From the sequence record SRR20825006_1064: a DNA stretch of 60,663 bases; one strand, 5' to 3'. Every line of letters begins with the position of its first letter. Position 1 is the first letter of the stretch. A model generated the notes under the pieces. It was not told the origin of the DNA. It saw nothing but the letters and a program-made list of their open reading frames with translations, and did no database searches. A program made the translations under genes and the position numbers. Shown piece by piece: positions 8,874-19,148 of this stretch.

Positions 8874-11861
8874 TCAGAACTTGAAACCGACATTAAGGCG
8901 GACCGAGCGCGGCTGAGCCGCTGTACGGACCGCGAGGAAGTCCTCGTTCGGGCCATCAAAGCTGTCCGTGATGATCTCATACAAGCGGAACGCCTTCTGG
9001 GTGTTCAGCACGTTGAAGACATCTAGACCGGCATAAAAATCGAACCCGTTGATCTGAGTTGTGTAGTCAAGGCTCAGGTCAAGGCGAACCTGCCAAGGCG
9101 TGGTGCCATATTGGCCGCGCTCGATATACTCAAACACACGGTCCTGGCTCGTCCAGATGCCATCGCCCGGGTCAAGGCAGTTATCAACGCAGAGATAGTT
9201 GCCTTCCTTACGGGTTTGGGTATTGAACGGGTTACCATAGGCCCGGGCGTTGATGGGTGCACCGGAAAGAATGGACATATTCGCACCCGCTGTCAGCTCA
9301 GGTGTGATGGCATAAGCGCCATACATCTTGAACTGGTGCCGGTGGTCGTTTGCCAACACGCCATAGTTGGAGTTGATGAACATCACATCATCGCCAGATT
9401 CGGTCCAGCCCGGGATATCGTTGCCGGTATCCGAGTTGACGCCGCCCTCATAGTTACCTGTGCTTTTTGACAGGGTGTAGGAGAAGCGAGCCATCCAGGT
9501 GTCATCCCAGTGGCGATTGGCGACAAACTCAAGTGCACTATATTTGCGGATCGGACGATCAGAGCCAATTGGGTCCGGGTTGCCGTCACCGTCAAGGTCG
9601 TAACCGAAGCTTTGCGCTTCACCGAGATCAACTGTCACGGTTTGAACACCGCCGGTGTCACAGTCGTGGTCGATGGTCAGTTCTTTACCAACGTTACCAA
9701 ACACCCACTTGGAGATGTTGCCACAACCGGCCACGTCTACATCAATGCGCATGTCTTCGATCGCGTCGTGGAATTCACGGTAGATACCGCGCACGCCGAA
9801 ATCCCAGTCGTCATTGACGGCCATCTCGAAGCCGAGGATGAACTCGTCCTGGTATGATGCATCAAGATCCTGGTCGACGACGAAGTTTTTGTCGTCACGG
9901 CCTTCACCGCTACCGAACTGAACCACCTGACCGATTTGAGCACCCAGCTGAGGCGTGATGTTGGTCAGGCCCGCGCTGGTTTCATTCTCTACCAAACCCT
10001 GAAGGGCGTAGTAGGTACGTGTATCGATCGTGCCACCACCCTCACGCGCGGCCAGGCCGTTGGCGATTGGGAAATAGTAGCGACCTGCGTTGGCATAAAG
10101 CTTCATGTTGCCGTCGCCCTTCACATCCCACGCGAGGCCGAAGCGAGGCGAGAACATGTTGGAGACTTTAATGAAGGAATTGCCTTCAGCGTCCTTGCTG
10201 TCAAACCGGTCCCAGCGTACGCCAAGCGTTGCTGTCAGATCGTCGGTTACGGACCAGATGTCTTCAAGATAAGCCGCTGATGTGTTGGCATCAAACGTAC
10301 CACCACGAATTTCCTGGCGCGCCAGCACATAGGCGCTCACACCGTCCGGCACGGTGGTGTCGTTCACGCTGTCACCCGGCTGGGTGTCATAGATGGTGAA
10401 GTTGGCCTGCTCTGGACCTACAGACGCCCGTTCCATGAAGGTTGTACGCTTCTCGTGGTCAAAGCCGAAACGGAGCAAATGGCGGTCAAGCTGCCATTCC
10501 ATATCAAGCCGCATGGCGTCGCGTGAGTTGATGCGGTTGTCGTTCCGGGTCTGTGTTGTACAGCCGATATGCTCGTCCACGCCGTCACGATCATCATACA
10601 CCCGGTTACACTCGGTTGAGATGTTTGTGTAGTCGTTGGAGTTCCGCTTGTTACGGCCATAAAGGGCCTTCACCGTGAAATTATCGGTGATCTGACCGGT
10701 GTATGTTGCCGCCCAGTTGATACCGCCGCGCTCGCTTGTTGCGGTTTCAGCGTAAGTGCCGCCCTGGAAGCGGTCTGTCACTTCCGTGTTCTCATCAGAG
10801 AAGACGAAAGCCTCAATGCTGTGGTTATCGGTGATGAACCAGTCAACCTTACCGCCCCAGAAGGAGGAGTTGTCGTCAAACTGGCTGAGCGACGACCCTG
10901 TTGTGTTGTAGAACGAACCGTCGTTGATACGCGGCTGGAACAAGGCATAGAAGAAGACCTTGTCTTTGATGATTGGCCCGCTCAGGTGCAGGTTGGCGCT
11001 GAAATTGTTGGTTTCATCGTCCGAGCGGTAGATGGTTTTGTCACCGTCGCGGTTATAGAAGTCATTTGCGTTGCCACGCAGGAACTGAGGCTCATAGAAA
11101 ACCTCGGCGCCGCCATGGAACTCGTTGGTGCCTGATTTCAGCACGGCGTTCACAACACCACCAGTCGTGCGACCAAATTCAACGGAATAACCGCCGGTCT
11201 TAACCTGGAATTCCTTGAACATGGAGAAAGGAACGTCAGAGAAACCAACCCCGGTTTCAACGTCGCTCACGTTCAGGCCGTTCACGAAGATGGAGTTTTC
11301 ACCAACCGATGCACCACCGAAGGAGATGCCACCAAAAGCAGGACCCTGTACAACGCCGGGTGCCAGAAGGGCGACCGCGTCGGCTGAGCGGCCGATCGGC
11401 AGGTCTTCAAGCATCGCCGCGCTGATGTTAAGCGCCGATTCGGTTGATGTCATGTTGATGCCGCTAAGCGATGAGGCAGAGACGATAATCTCTTCCATCG
11501 CCATGTCGCCAGCTGACAGCGCAACGTCCAGATCGGTTGAACCACCAATGGAAACGCGAACGTCTTCCACCAGCGTGCGTTCATAACCGTCTTTGGACAC
11601 CGTTACATTATAAGTGCCCACCGGCAGGCGGGCGAAACGGAACTGACCATCGCTGCCAGCAGTGACAGCCCGGCGGAATCCGTTTTCCGTGTTTGTAACC
11701 GTAATTGTAGCACCGGAGAGGGCGGTGTTGCTTTCGCTTGTCACCATACCCCGGATTGAGCCGTCGCTGTTGGCTGCGAAGGCTGAATTGACGGAGAGAG
11801 CGGCACAACTGACCCCCATCCCCAGTATCAATGATAATTTTCGCAAGTTCCGTGCGTTCAT
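8874..11861 (-). CDS. Oar-type TonB-dependent receptor with carboxypeptidase-regulatory-like N-domain
   Basis: Signal peptide from M at 11861 (alternative 11873); GSIRGMV...LPVGTYNVTVSKDGY; plug EFQVKTGGYSVEFGRTTGGVVN; FSPRFGLAWD; terminal VGFKF. Confidence 0.92.
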   Translation of the reverse strand: MNARNLRKLSLILGMGVSCAALSVNSAFAANSDGSIRGMVTSESNTALSGATITVTNTENGFRRAVTAGSDGQFRFARLPVGTYNVTVSKDGYERTLVEDVRVSIGGSTDLDVALSAGDMAMEEIIVSASSLSGINMTSTESALNISAAMLEDLPIGRSADAVALLAPGVVQGPAFGGISFGGASVGENSIFVNGLNVSDVETGVGFSDVPFSMFKEFQVKTGGYSVEFGRTTGGVVNAVLKSGTNEFHGGAEVFYEPQFLRGNANDFYNRDGDKTIYRSDDETNNFSANLHLSGPIIKDKVFFYALFQPRINDGSFYNTTGSSLSQFDDNSSFWGGKVDWFITDNHSIEAFVFSDENTEVTDRFQGGTYAETATSERGGINWAATYTGQITDNFTVKALYGRNKRNSNDYTNISTECNRVYDDRDGVDEHIGCTTQTRNDNRINSRDAMRLDMEWQLDRHLLRFGFDHEKRTTFMERASVGPEQANFTIYDTQPGDSVNDTTVPDGVSAYVLARQEIRGGTFDANTSAAYLEDIWSVTDDLTATLGVRWDRFDSKDAEGNSFIKVSNMFSPRFGLAWDVKGDGNMKLYANAGRYYFPIANGLAAREGGGTIDTRTYYALQGLVENETSAGLTNITPQLGAQIGQVVQFGSGEGRDDKNFVVDQDLDASYQDEFILGFEMAVNDDWDFGVRGIYREFHDAIEDMRIDVDVAGCGNISKWVFGNVGKELTIDHDCDTGGVQTVTVDLGEAQSFGYDLDGDGNPDPIGSDRPIRKYSALEFVANRHWDDTWMARFSYTLSKSTGNYEGGVNSDTGNDIPGWTESGDDVMFINSNYGVLANDHRHQFKMYGAYAITPELTAGANMSILSGAPINARAYGNPFNTQTRKEGNYLCVDNCLDPGDGIWTSQDRVFEYIERGQYGTTPWQVRLDLSLDYTTQINGFDFYAGLDVFNVLNTQKAFRLYEIITDSFDGPNEDFLAVRTAAQPRSVRLNVGFKF

Positions 11862-12048
11862 TTCCTCACCCATAAGCTTTCTGTTGGTGCAACGAAGCCC
11901 CTCCGCCTCGTCGCAAGAATACTTGACGAATAATTTATGCGATGAATTATTCCTTCTGTAAAGAATTTTTATTCCAAGCGACACAAAATTGCCGAAAAAA
12001 TAAGCTTCCCTGCTCCATTTCTATCTGGTAGAACCGGTTTGGGAAGAT

Positions 12049-12063
12049 GGAATAAATAATTCC
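12049..12063. promoter_or_regulatory. Palindromic operator GGAAT-N5-ATTCC (candidate MurR/RpiR site)
   Basis: GGAATAAATAATTCC in the divergent TonB receptor/DUF819 intergenic region; imperfect copies at 11928-11975. Confidence 0.65.
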
Positions 12064-12173
12064 GTTGTGGTTTTATGAGGCTTTTGGACCGGAAAAAGGC
12101 CTTAATGACAGACAACTTATATCTATGGGTATACCCAAAGGAATAAATTCGTTGGTCAGGGGAGAATAGGGCG

Positions 12174-13334
12174 GTGATTACAGACGGTTTCACGTATCTG
12201 GCGGTTTTGCTTCTGATCGGGGGCGCTATTCGCTTGCTTGAGACAGGAACAAACCACCGAATTTTCAACTATCTGCCCGGCGTTGTGGCGCTTTATATCA
12301 TTGTGATGATGCTCAGCACCTTCGGGCTGTGGCAACAAAGCGCCAGCGTGAACGCGACCTACGGCACGGTGAAGGGTAACATCCTGCCTGCGATGATTTT
12401 CCTGATGCTTTTGAAGGGTGACCTGCGCAAGATCGCGGCCCTTGGTCCGCGCATGTTGCTGGCTTTTGCCGCCGCGGCCATCAGTATCGGTGTTGGTTTT
12501 GTTATTACTTATACTGTGCTGAATACATGGTTACCAGCGGACGCCTGGAAGGCATTTGCGGCTCTTTCCGGCAGTTGGATGGGCGGCACCGGCAACATGG
12601 TGGCCATTCAGGGTGCCTTGAATGTGCCTGACAGCTCGATGGGCTATACGCTTCTGATGGATTCGATTGATTACGCCATCTGGGTTATCCTCCTGCTCGC
12701 TCTTGTACCGCACGCCAAGCTTTTCAACCGCTGGACCAAAAGCGACACCGGCATCATCGACCGGGTTGGTGAAAAACTGGATCTGGGAGAAGACGCGGAT
12801 AAGAGGATCGACTTCACAGCGCTTGTATTCCTGCTGGGCGCGGGCCTGGCTGCATCCGCGCTATCGCAAAACCTGGCTGGGCTGATGCCTGCCACCAGCT
12901 TTTTCACCGGCACCACATGGGCGGTGTTGATTGCCACCATTTTGGGCGTGAGTGCGGCGATGACACCGATGGGGCGCATGGCCGGTTCCAATGAGCTCGC
13001 GAATGTCATGCTCTATGCCATTATCGCGCTCATCGCATCGCGTGCAGACTTCGCAGGCCTCACGCAGGCACCGCTTTATGTGTTTGCAGGCCTGATGATC
13101 CTGATCATTCACGGCCTCTGCATGGTGGCGGCGGCAAAGGTATTCAAACTTGATCTGTTTTCCTGCGGTATCGCCTCACTTGCCAATATTGGCGGGGTGG
13201 CGTCTGCGCCTATCCTTGCGGCTGCTTATTCACAAATGCTGATCCCTATCGGGGTGCTGATGGCCATGCTTGGGTATATCATTGGCACCGGCGGTGGGTT
13301 GCTGGTCGGTAAAATATTGTCCCTGCTCTCTTGA
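12174..13334 (+). CDS. DUF819-family inner-membrane protein (putative transporter)
   Basis: 386 aa, about 10-11 TM; ALSGSWMGGTGNMVA and ASLANIGGVASAPILAAAY motifs typical of DUF819. Confidence 0.85.
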   Translation: MITDGFTYLAVLLLIGGAIRLLETGTNHRIFNYLPGVVALYIIVMMLSTFGLWQQSASVNATYGTVKGNILPAMIFLMLLKGDLRKIAALGPRMLLAFAAAAISIGVGFVITYTVLNTWLPADAWKAFAALSGSWMGGTGNMVAIQGALNVPDSSMGYTLLMDSIDYAIWVILLLALVPHAKLFNRWTKSDTGIIDRVGEKLDLGEDADKRIDFTALVFLLGAGLAASALSQNLAGLMPATSFFTGTTWAVLIATILGVSAAMTPMGRMAGSNELANVMLYAIIALIASRADFAGLTQAPLYVFAGLMILIIHGLCMVAAAKVFKLDLFSCGIASLANIGGVASAPILAAAYSQMLIPIGVLMAMLGYIIGTGGGLLVGKILSLLS

Positions 13335-13360
13335 GAGGCTGTACCCTTATGAGGAATGTG

Positions 13361-14788
13361 ATGAAAAATCCGGGTTCAAAACTACTGTTGTTGCTCGCGC
13401 TTGGCTTGGCCGCCTGCGGAAGCGAGGAAGAGAAACAAAACACGGTCACGCCGCCCAACGGGCTTGATGATGCGTTTGTCTCAGACGTTATTGAGGTCGA
13501 GGAAAAGCACCTGAGCGCAGACTATTGGGTTGACACGCTGCCGAGCGGGGCGGGTGATGTGATCCTCACCACTGATGAGATCAAGGCCATGAACGCTTCC
13601 AGCATCGACGGTGACCCGACGATGTTTGACCTCAAGAGCGTGCCCGATACGCTTCCGGGTGATGAGGTGCGCACGCGCCTTCGGTCCATCAGCAATGTGC
13701 CGTCTTACCCACGTGTTTATATGAACGGCAACCCGGTGCGCGAGGCTGATTTTGACGCCTATGAAGCCAGCCTCAATCTGGATGCTATCCCAGATGAAGT
13801 GCCGGTCCGCTTCGCACTTGCGGTCCGCCGCACACCGCTTCGTACCTATCCAACCATGGACAGGCTTTTCAGCGAAGGTGCGAGCAACACGGATATTGAC
13901 CGTTTTCAGGAATCGACCCTTTTCCCCACAGATATAATGGCAGTGCTGCATGAAAGTGCAGACGGCAACTGGGCGCTGGTGCAGACCTATAATTATATTG
14001 CCTGGGTGCAGCGAAAGGATATCGCCACTGGCGACCGTGAGGAGCTGTTTGCCTATAAGGACGCGGCCGATGTGCTGGTGATGACGGGGGCCAAGGTGCA
14101 CACCGTTTATAACCCGGTGGTCAAGACTGTGTCTGAATTGCAGCTGGATATGGGCGTGGCGGTGCCGCTGGACCGGCCGGAAGAGTTTGCAACCAACCTC
14201 TATGGCCAGAACCCCTATGTGCATCATATGGTCAAACTGCCTGTTCGTCTTGATGACGGCAGCCTGGCGTTCCGCCACGCGCTGATATCCCGCGCGGAAG
14301 ATGTACGGGTGGGATACCTGCCGTTCACACGTGCCAACATCATTCGGCAGGCTTTCAAGTTTCTGGGTGAACGTTACGGCTGGGGCCACAGTTATAATGG
14401 CCGGGACTGCACGGGTTTTGTCTCTGAAGTATACCGCAGCATGGGCATCTTGATGCCGCGTAACTCAGGCGACCAGGGCAAAAGCGTGATCGGCTCCAAC
14501 AGCCGCTTTGAGAAGGAAACACCGCGGGCTGAAAAAGAAGCGCTGTTGCGCACCTCGCTTGTGGGTGACCTTGTGTATATCCCCGGCCATGTGATGATGA
14601 TTTTGGGGCACGACGGCGACAAGCCGTTCGTGATCCATGATGTTACGGGCCTCGGGTATCTCGCGGATGACGGCAGCATCTATGATGGCACGCTCAACGG
14701 TGTTTCCATCACGCCGCTGCTGACGCTACAATCTTCGAAAACCCGCACCTATGTTGATGCGGTGTATAATGTCAAATCGATCAAATGA
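13361..14788 (+). CDS. SH3-NlpC/P60 lipoprotein, likely gamma-D-Glu-meso-DAP peptidase (YkfC-like)
   Basis: Lipobox LAAC; SH3-like middle (DIDRFQES, WALVQTYNYIAWV); catalytic YGWG...RDCTGF...PRNSGDQ...GHVMM...IHD; GAGGA RBS before ATG 13361. Confidence 0.88.
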   Translation: MKNPGSKLLLLLALGLAACGSEEEKQNTVTPPNGLDDAFVSDVIEVEEKHLSADYWVDTLPSGAGDVILTTDEIKAMNASSIDGDPTMFDLKSVPDTLPGDEVRTRLRSISNVPSYPRVYMNGNPVREADFDAYEASLNLDAIPDEVPVRFALAVRRTPLRTYPTMDRLFSEGASNTDIDRFQESTLFPTDIMAVLHESADGNWALVQTYNYIAWVQRKDIATGDREELFAYKDAADVLVMTGAKVHTVYNPVVKTVSELQLDMGVAVPLDRPEEFATNLYGQNPYVHHMVKLPVRLDDGSLAFRHALISRAEDVRVGYLPFTRANIIRQAFKFLGERYGWGHSYNGRDCTGFVSEVYRSMGILMPRNSGDQGKSVIGSNSRFEKETPRAEKEALLRTSLVGDLVYIPGHVMMILGHDGDKPFVIHDVTGLGYLADDGSIYDGTLNGVSITPLLTLQSSKTRTYVDAVYNVKSIK

Positions 14789-14809
14789 TCCAACAGGTAG
14801 AAGTGTTCC

Positions 14810-15907
14810 ATGAAAATTACCGGCTATAAACTTGGCATGTTGCGCGTGCCGCTGGTGACAGCGTTCAAGACCGCGCTGCGCACCGTTGATCATATCGAAG
14901 ACATTGTGCTCATCATCGAGACGGACACCGGCCATAAAGGTTATGGCGAAGCACCCGCGACGGCGGTGATCACCGGCGATACGCATGGCTCGATCCTTGA
15001 TGCCATCCGCACTTTCATCATGCCGCGCCTGATAGGTATGGAGATCACGTCGCTGAACGAGATCACCCAAATCATCCAAGGGGCGCTTGTGAACAACTTC
15101 TCCGCCAAGGCGGCGGTGGAGATCGCGGTTTATGACCTGTTCGCGCAATATTATGACGCACCGCTTTATAAAATTCTCGGCGGCGGGCAGCCGCGCCTCT
15201 CGACCGACCTGACCATCAGTGTCGACTATATCGACAAGATGGTGGCCGACAGCATCCGCGCCTGTGACGCGGGGTATGAGACGCTCAAGATCAAGGTCGG
15301 CAAGGACATCGGTGTTGATATCAAGCGGGTGAAGGCGATTTATGCGGCGGTGAAAGACCGCGCGCTTCTGCGCCTTGACGCCAACCAGGGCTGGTCGCCG
15401 CGCCAAACGGTGGCGGCGCTACATGAACTTGAAGAAGCGGGCATTGAGCTGGAGCTTATCGAGCAGCCCGTGAAGGGTGAAGACCTCAAGGGCATGAAAT
15501 ATATCACCGAGCGTGTGCGCACGCCGGTGATGGCCGATGAAAGCACCTTCGGCCCCCGTGAGGTAATCGAGCTTATCCAGATGCAGGCAGCGGACATCAT
15601 CAACATCAAGCTGATGAAAACCGGCGGTATTTCAAACGCCATCAAGATCGCGGATATCGCGTCTATCTATGGTGTGGAATGCATGATCGGCTGTATGCTG
15701 GAAAGCAGCATCAGCGTGACAGCTGCAGCCCATTTGGCAGTAGCCAAGCCAAATGTGATTACCAAGGCTGACCTTGATGGGCCTTCGCTTTGCCAGTTCA
15801 ACCCGGTTGACGGCGGGGCCACGTTTGACAGCTCAGAGATTACCCTGTCAGAAGATCCTGGTCTGGGCATCAAGTCGATCGAAAACCTCACGATGATCGA
15901 CGACTAG
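14810..15907 (+). CDS. L-Ala-D/L-Glu dipeptide epimerase (enolase superfamily)
   Basis: KIKVG, LDANQG, IEQP, ADES, INIKLMKTGG, GCMLES and DLDG motifs. Confidence 0.92.
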   Translation: MKITGYKLGMLRVPLVTAFKTALRTVDHIEDIVLIIETDTGHKGYGEAPATAVITGDTHGSILDAIRTFIMPRLIGMEITSLNEITQIIQGALVNNFSAKAAVEIAVYDLFAQYYDAPLYKILGGGQPRLSTDLTISVDYIDKMVADSIRACDAGYETLKIKVGKDIGVDIKRVKAIYAAVKDRALLRLDANQGWSPRQTVAALHELEEAGIELELIEQPVKGEDLKGMKYITERVRTPVMADESTFGPREVIELIQMQAADIINIKLMKTGGISNAIKIADIASIYGVECMIGCMLESSISVTAAAHLAVAKPNVITKADLDGPSLCQFNPVDGGATFDSSEITLSEDPGLGIKSIENLTMIDD

Positions 15908-15935
15908 GGCATCAGCCAGGACTGCATGAACAGAC

Positions 15936-15980
15936 AATAAAAAACCCCGGCCGCATATGGTGCGCCGGGGTTTTTTTATT
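15936..15980. terminator. Bidirectional rho-independent terminator
   Basis: AATAAAAAACCCCGG...CCGGGGTTTTTTTATT between convergent genes. Confidence 0.88.
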
Positions 15981-15992
15981 TGAGTTTACGGT

Positions 15993-17549
15993 CTAGTCCA
16001 GGCGTTTGAAATCAAGGTCCTGAAAGTCGAAGCTGAAATCTGTGTCAGGTGACACGGGCCGCATGGTGATGCCGATGGCTTTGCCACCGAAGTCGGTCTC
16101 GAATCGCACATAGGCGTCCGCGCCCATCATGCGGTTGTCCCAGCGCACGATGAAGGTGTTTTGCTCATAGGGCTCCAGCATGCCGGTAAGTTGTACCGAC
16201 TTTTTGGATGAGAAGCGCAGGCCGTCGCCGTCTCTCATTACCGTCGCTTCACCAAGCCATGCGTCGCGGTACGTGCCCATATAAGCATCAAGGCTGAGGA
16301 ACATCTGGCCCGAGCCTTGGCTTGCCACGTTTTCCTCTTCCGCCACGCGGGCGCGGTAGGCCAACTGGGCGTCGCGATAGTCTTTCACCCAGTCATGCTC
16401 AGGCTGGTCCATATAGGCTTTGATGATGGTATTGGTGACAGCCGTGCGGGCGCCGTAGTTTGAGCCGTTATTGAGCACGATAAGGCCAAGGTCCAGCTCC
16501 GGCACCAGTGTCAGGTAGGCTTGCATGCCCGAAAGCGTGCCGGTGTGGGAGATCACCTCATGCCCGTGCACATCTGCCTTGCGCCAGGCGAGGCCGTAGG
16601 TACGGAAATGCGTGTCGTCCTTCTCCCGCATGGATTTGGAGACGGGCAGGATGGTGTAGGACGCCCACATCTCATCGCGCCGATCCTCAGAGAAGATACG
16701 CACACCGTTTGGCCCCTCACCGCCGCGCAGCTGGGTGAGCATCCAGGTGCTCATACCGCGCGCGTTACAGACCATGCCGCCAGCGGCGGCCGAGACGGTG
16801 GCTTTGCCGCCAATCGCGTTCCGGGGGATGGTGACAAGCTTACCGTCCATCATGCCGTGGGGGGTGGCGACATTCGCAAGCGCACTATCCGGCACGTCGC
16901 CCGAATAACAGCCCATGCCCAGGGGGCCGAGGATGCGATTTTGCACAAAGTCTTCCCAACCCACGCCGCTCACGCTCTTCACCACTTCGCCCGCCACGAT
17001 ATACAGGAGATTATCGTAGGCATAGGCGCTGCGGAAGCTGGTCACCGGCTTCAGGTGGCGCAGGTTTTTGATAATCTCTTCACGGTTGAAACCAGAGGGT
17101 TCCGGCCACAGCATCAGGTCGCCCGCGCCGGAGCCGAGCCCGCTGTTATGTACCAGAAGGTCGCGCACCGTAAACTCGCGGGTCACCCAAGGGTCGAACA
17201 TACGGAAATCAGGCAGGTGGTCGATCACCTTGTCGTCCCAACTTAACTTGCCCTCATCAACAAGGATCGCAAGGGCTGAGGCCGTGAAAGCCTTGGTGGT
17301 GGACGCGATGCGGAAAAGGGTGTCGCCGTCCACCTTCTCTTTGCTGTAGATATCCCGGACACCAAAGCCTGAGAGATGCACAATCTCACCGTCTTTCACA
17401 ATCCCTACCGCCATGCCGGGGGTGTTGAAGGTCTCGAGCGCGTCTTCAACTACATTGCGGATCTCGGTGGGTGTAGGCGCATCGGCATGCAGCGGCGCGG
17501 CCAGCAGGAGCATTGCGGCGGAAAAAGCGGCGGAACGGAAAACGGACAT
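15993..17549 (-). CDS. Periplasmic beta-lactamase-fold serine hydrolase (with DUF3471-like C-domain)
   Basis: Signal peptide; FRIASTTK (SxxK), YAYDN, SHTG; C-terminal YMGTYRDAWLG domain. Confidence 0.9.
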   Translation of the reverse strand: MSVFRSAAFSAAMLLLAAPLHADAPTPTEIRNVVEDALETFNTPGMAVGIVKDGEIVHLSGFGVRDIYSKEKVDGDTLFRIASTTKAFTASALAILVDEGKLSWDDKVIDHLPDFRMFDPWVTREFTVRDLLVHNSGLGSGAGDLMLWPEPSGFNREEIIKNLRHLKPVTSFRSAYAYDNLLYIVAGEVVKSVSGVGWEDFVQNRILGPLGMGCYSGDVPDSALANVATPHGMMDGKLVTIPRNAIGGKATVSAAAGGMVCNARGMSTWMLTQLRGGEGPNGVRIFSEDRRDEMWASYTILPVSKSMREKDDTHFRTYGLAWRKADVHGHEVISHTGTLSGMQAYLTLVPELDLGLIVLNNGSNYGARTAVTNTIIKAYMDQPEHDWVKDYRDAQLAYRARVAEEENVASQGSGQMFLSLDAYMGTYRDAWLGEATVMRDGDGLRFSSKKSVQLTGMLEPYEQNTFIVRWDNRMMGADAYVRFETDFGGKAIGITMRPVSPDTDFSFDFQDLDFKRLD

Positions 17550-17578
17550 GGTCTGACTTTCGGTGTTAGAGGCAGTGT

Positions 17579-18979
17579 TTAGAGGAAAAAGGCGCCGGTG
17601 AGCAGGTAAAGCACGATGGTGATGCCGCCCGCTGTAAGCGCATACGGTAGCTGTGTGCGCACGTGATCAAGGAGGTCACAGCCCGCCGCCAGCGACGATA
17701 CCAGCGTGGTATCGGATATGGGCGAGCAGTGGTCACCAAACACGCCGCCGCCCAGCACAGCGGCCAGCAAAAAGGCGGGTGGCAGGTCAAACGCGCCCAC
17801 AAGCGGCATGGCCAGGGGGATCAGAATTGCAAACGTGCCCCATGATGTACCGGTAAAAAACGAGATCAAGCCGCCTGCGAGAAACAGCAGTGGCGCCACA
17901 AATATGGGGTGCAGGTTGCCGGAGACGATACCGGCGATAAACGACCCGGTGCCAAGCATCTTGAGGCTTGCGCCAAGGGCGATGGACAGCAGCAGCAGCA
18001 GCACAATGGGGAACAGCTCGTTCATGCCCTTGATGCCAATCTCAACAATATGTTTGTGGCTGAAATTCTTGTCTGAAATCAGCAGAAGATAGCCAACAAG
18101 GCAGGCAAGGGCCGTGGCATAAAGGATGGATTTTGGCCCGCTGCCGGAGGTGATATCACCGCCCCCGGTCCAGAGCATGAAACCCGCCATGCCAAAAATC
18201 ATGGTCAGAAGCGGCAGCACCATGAAGCGCGCGCGTGTGGCTTCAAACACTTCTTCCTGCACTTCAGACTGCTCAATCTCGCTGTCAGCCTTGTTTTCAG
18301 CAACGGCAAGCGGCCCATAAAAGCGCTGCGTTGTGGCGGAATAGAAAACGATGATGAGCGTCACGATGGCGTAGAAGTTGAAGATCACTGAGCCCCACAA
18401 CACTTCCGCCGCCGTTACCTCAAACTCGTAAGCGCTGAGAAGCGCCAGCACAAAGGCTCCCCAACCGTTGAGCAGAAGCAGAATGCACACGGGTGCGGAC
18501 GTACTGTCGACAAAATAGGCGAGCTTGGCGCGGCTCAGGCCGTAGCGGTCAAACAGCCCGCGCGAGACAAGGCCTGCGGTCAGCACGCTCAGGTTCGATT
18601 CCACAAACACCACCATACCGATGATGGCGGGGGTGAGGCTGGCCTGCCGTTTGGTTTTGACAAAACCCTTGCCGACGATGATATCGATCACCGCCGCAAC
18701 ACCGCCCGAGCGGTACATGAAAGCGAGCAGTGCGCCGATCATGAGCGCGAAGGTTAGCAGCCGTGCGTTGTCCGGGTCCGCGAATACGGCAACAATGCGG
18801 TCGATCATGGCAAGGCCACCCATGGGGATAGCGGCGCTGAGGGAAGACGTCGAACCGGGACCAAATTGCAGCAGCACTTCAGAGGCGAAAATCGCCAGAA
18901 TAAGCGCCAGCAGCACTTCCTTTCGCCACAGCACCACGGCGATCGCAATGATCGGCGGCAAAAGGGATACCCAGCCCAT
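17579..18979 (-). CDS. NhaC-family Na+/H+ antiporter-like transporter (possible amino-acid carrier)
   Basis: SRAKLAYFVDSTSAP, FFTGTSWGTF, FGDHCSPISDTT, HVRTQLPYA; GGAGGA RBS before ATG 18979. Confidence 0.88.
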   Translation of the reverse strand: MGWVSLLPPIIAIAVVLWRKEVLLALILAIFASEVLLQFGPGSTSSLSAAIPMGGLAMIDRIVAVFADPDNARLLTFALMIGALLAFMYRSGGVAAVIDIIVGKGFVKTKRQASLTPAIIGMVVFVESNLSVLTAGLVSRGLFDRYGLSRAKLAYFVDSTSAPVCILLLLNGWGAFVLALLSAYEFEVTAAEVLWGSVIFNFYAIVTLIIVFYSATTQRFYGPLAVAENKADSEIEQSEVQEEVFEATRARFMVLPLLTMIFGMAGFMLWTGGGDITSGSGPKSILYATALACLVGYLLLISDKNFSHKHIVEIGIKGMNELFPIVLLLLLSIALGASLKMLGTGSFIAGIVSGNLHPIFVAPLLFLAGGLISFFTGTSWGTFAILIPLAMPLVGAFDLPPAFLLAAVLGGGVFGDHCSPISDTTLVSSLAAGCDLLDHVRTQLPYALTAGGITIVLYLLTGAFFL

Positions 18980-19081
18980 GAAATGTCCTCCCGGAAAGAT
19001 AAAAGAGATCGAGCGCGCCACCCACTTGGCACACCTGATTAACCCTAATATGGGACCTTGCCGAAGATTTCTGTTGTCTTC

Positions 19082-19137
19082 AAGTCAATTATTCCATAAC
19101 GAATAATATATTCATGAATAAATCAACATTCTATTCC
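19082..19137. promoter_or_regulatory. GAAT-N5-ATTC operator cluster in the NhaC/lysA divergent promoter
   Basis: GAATAATATATTC at 19101-19113, plus ATTCC half-sites at 19091 and 19133. Confidence 0.6.
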
Positions 19138-19148
19138 AAAGGGAATTT

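Noticed and set aside
11862-11984. N-terminal ORF-track extensions (TonB receptors at 11984 and 35712, GAPDH 46545, dgcN 51090, modE 30744)
   Set aside because: They run through promoter/operator DNA or neighbouring genes; downstream starts fit RBS, signal peptide or family N-terminus better.
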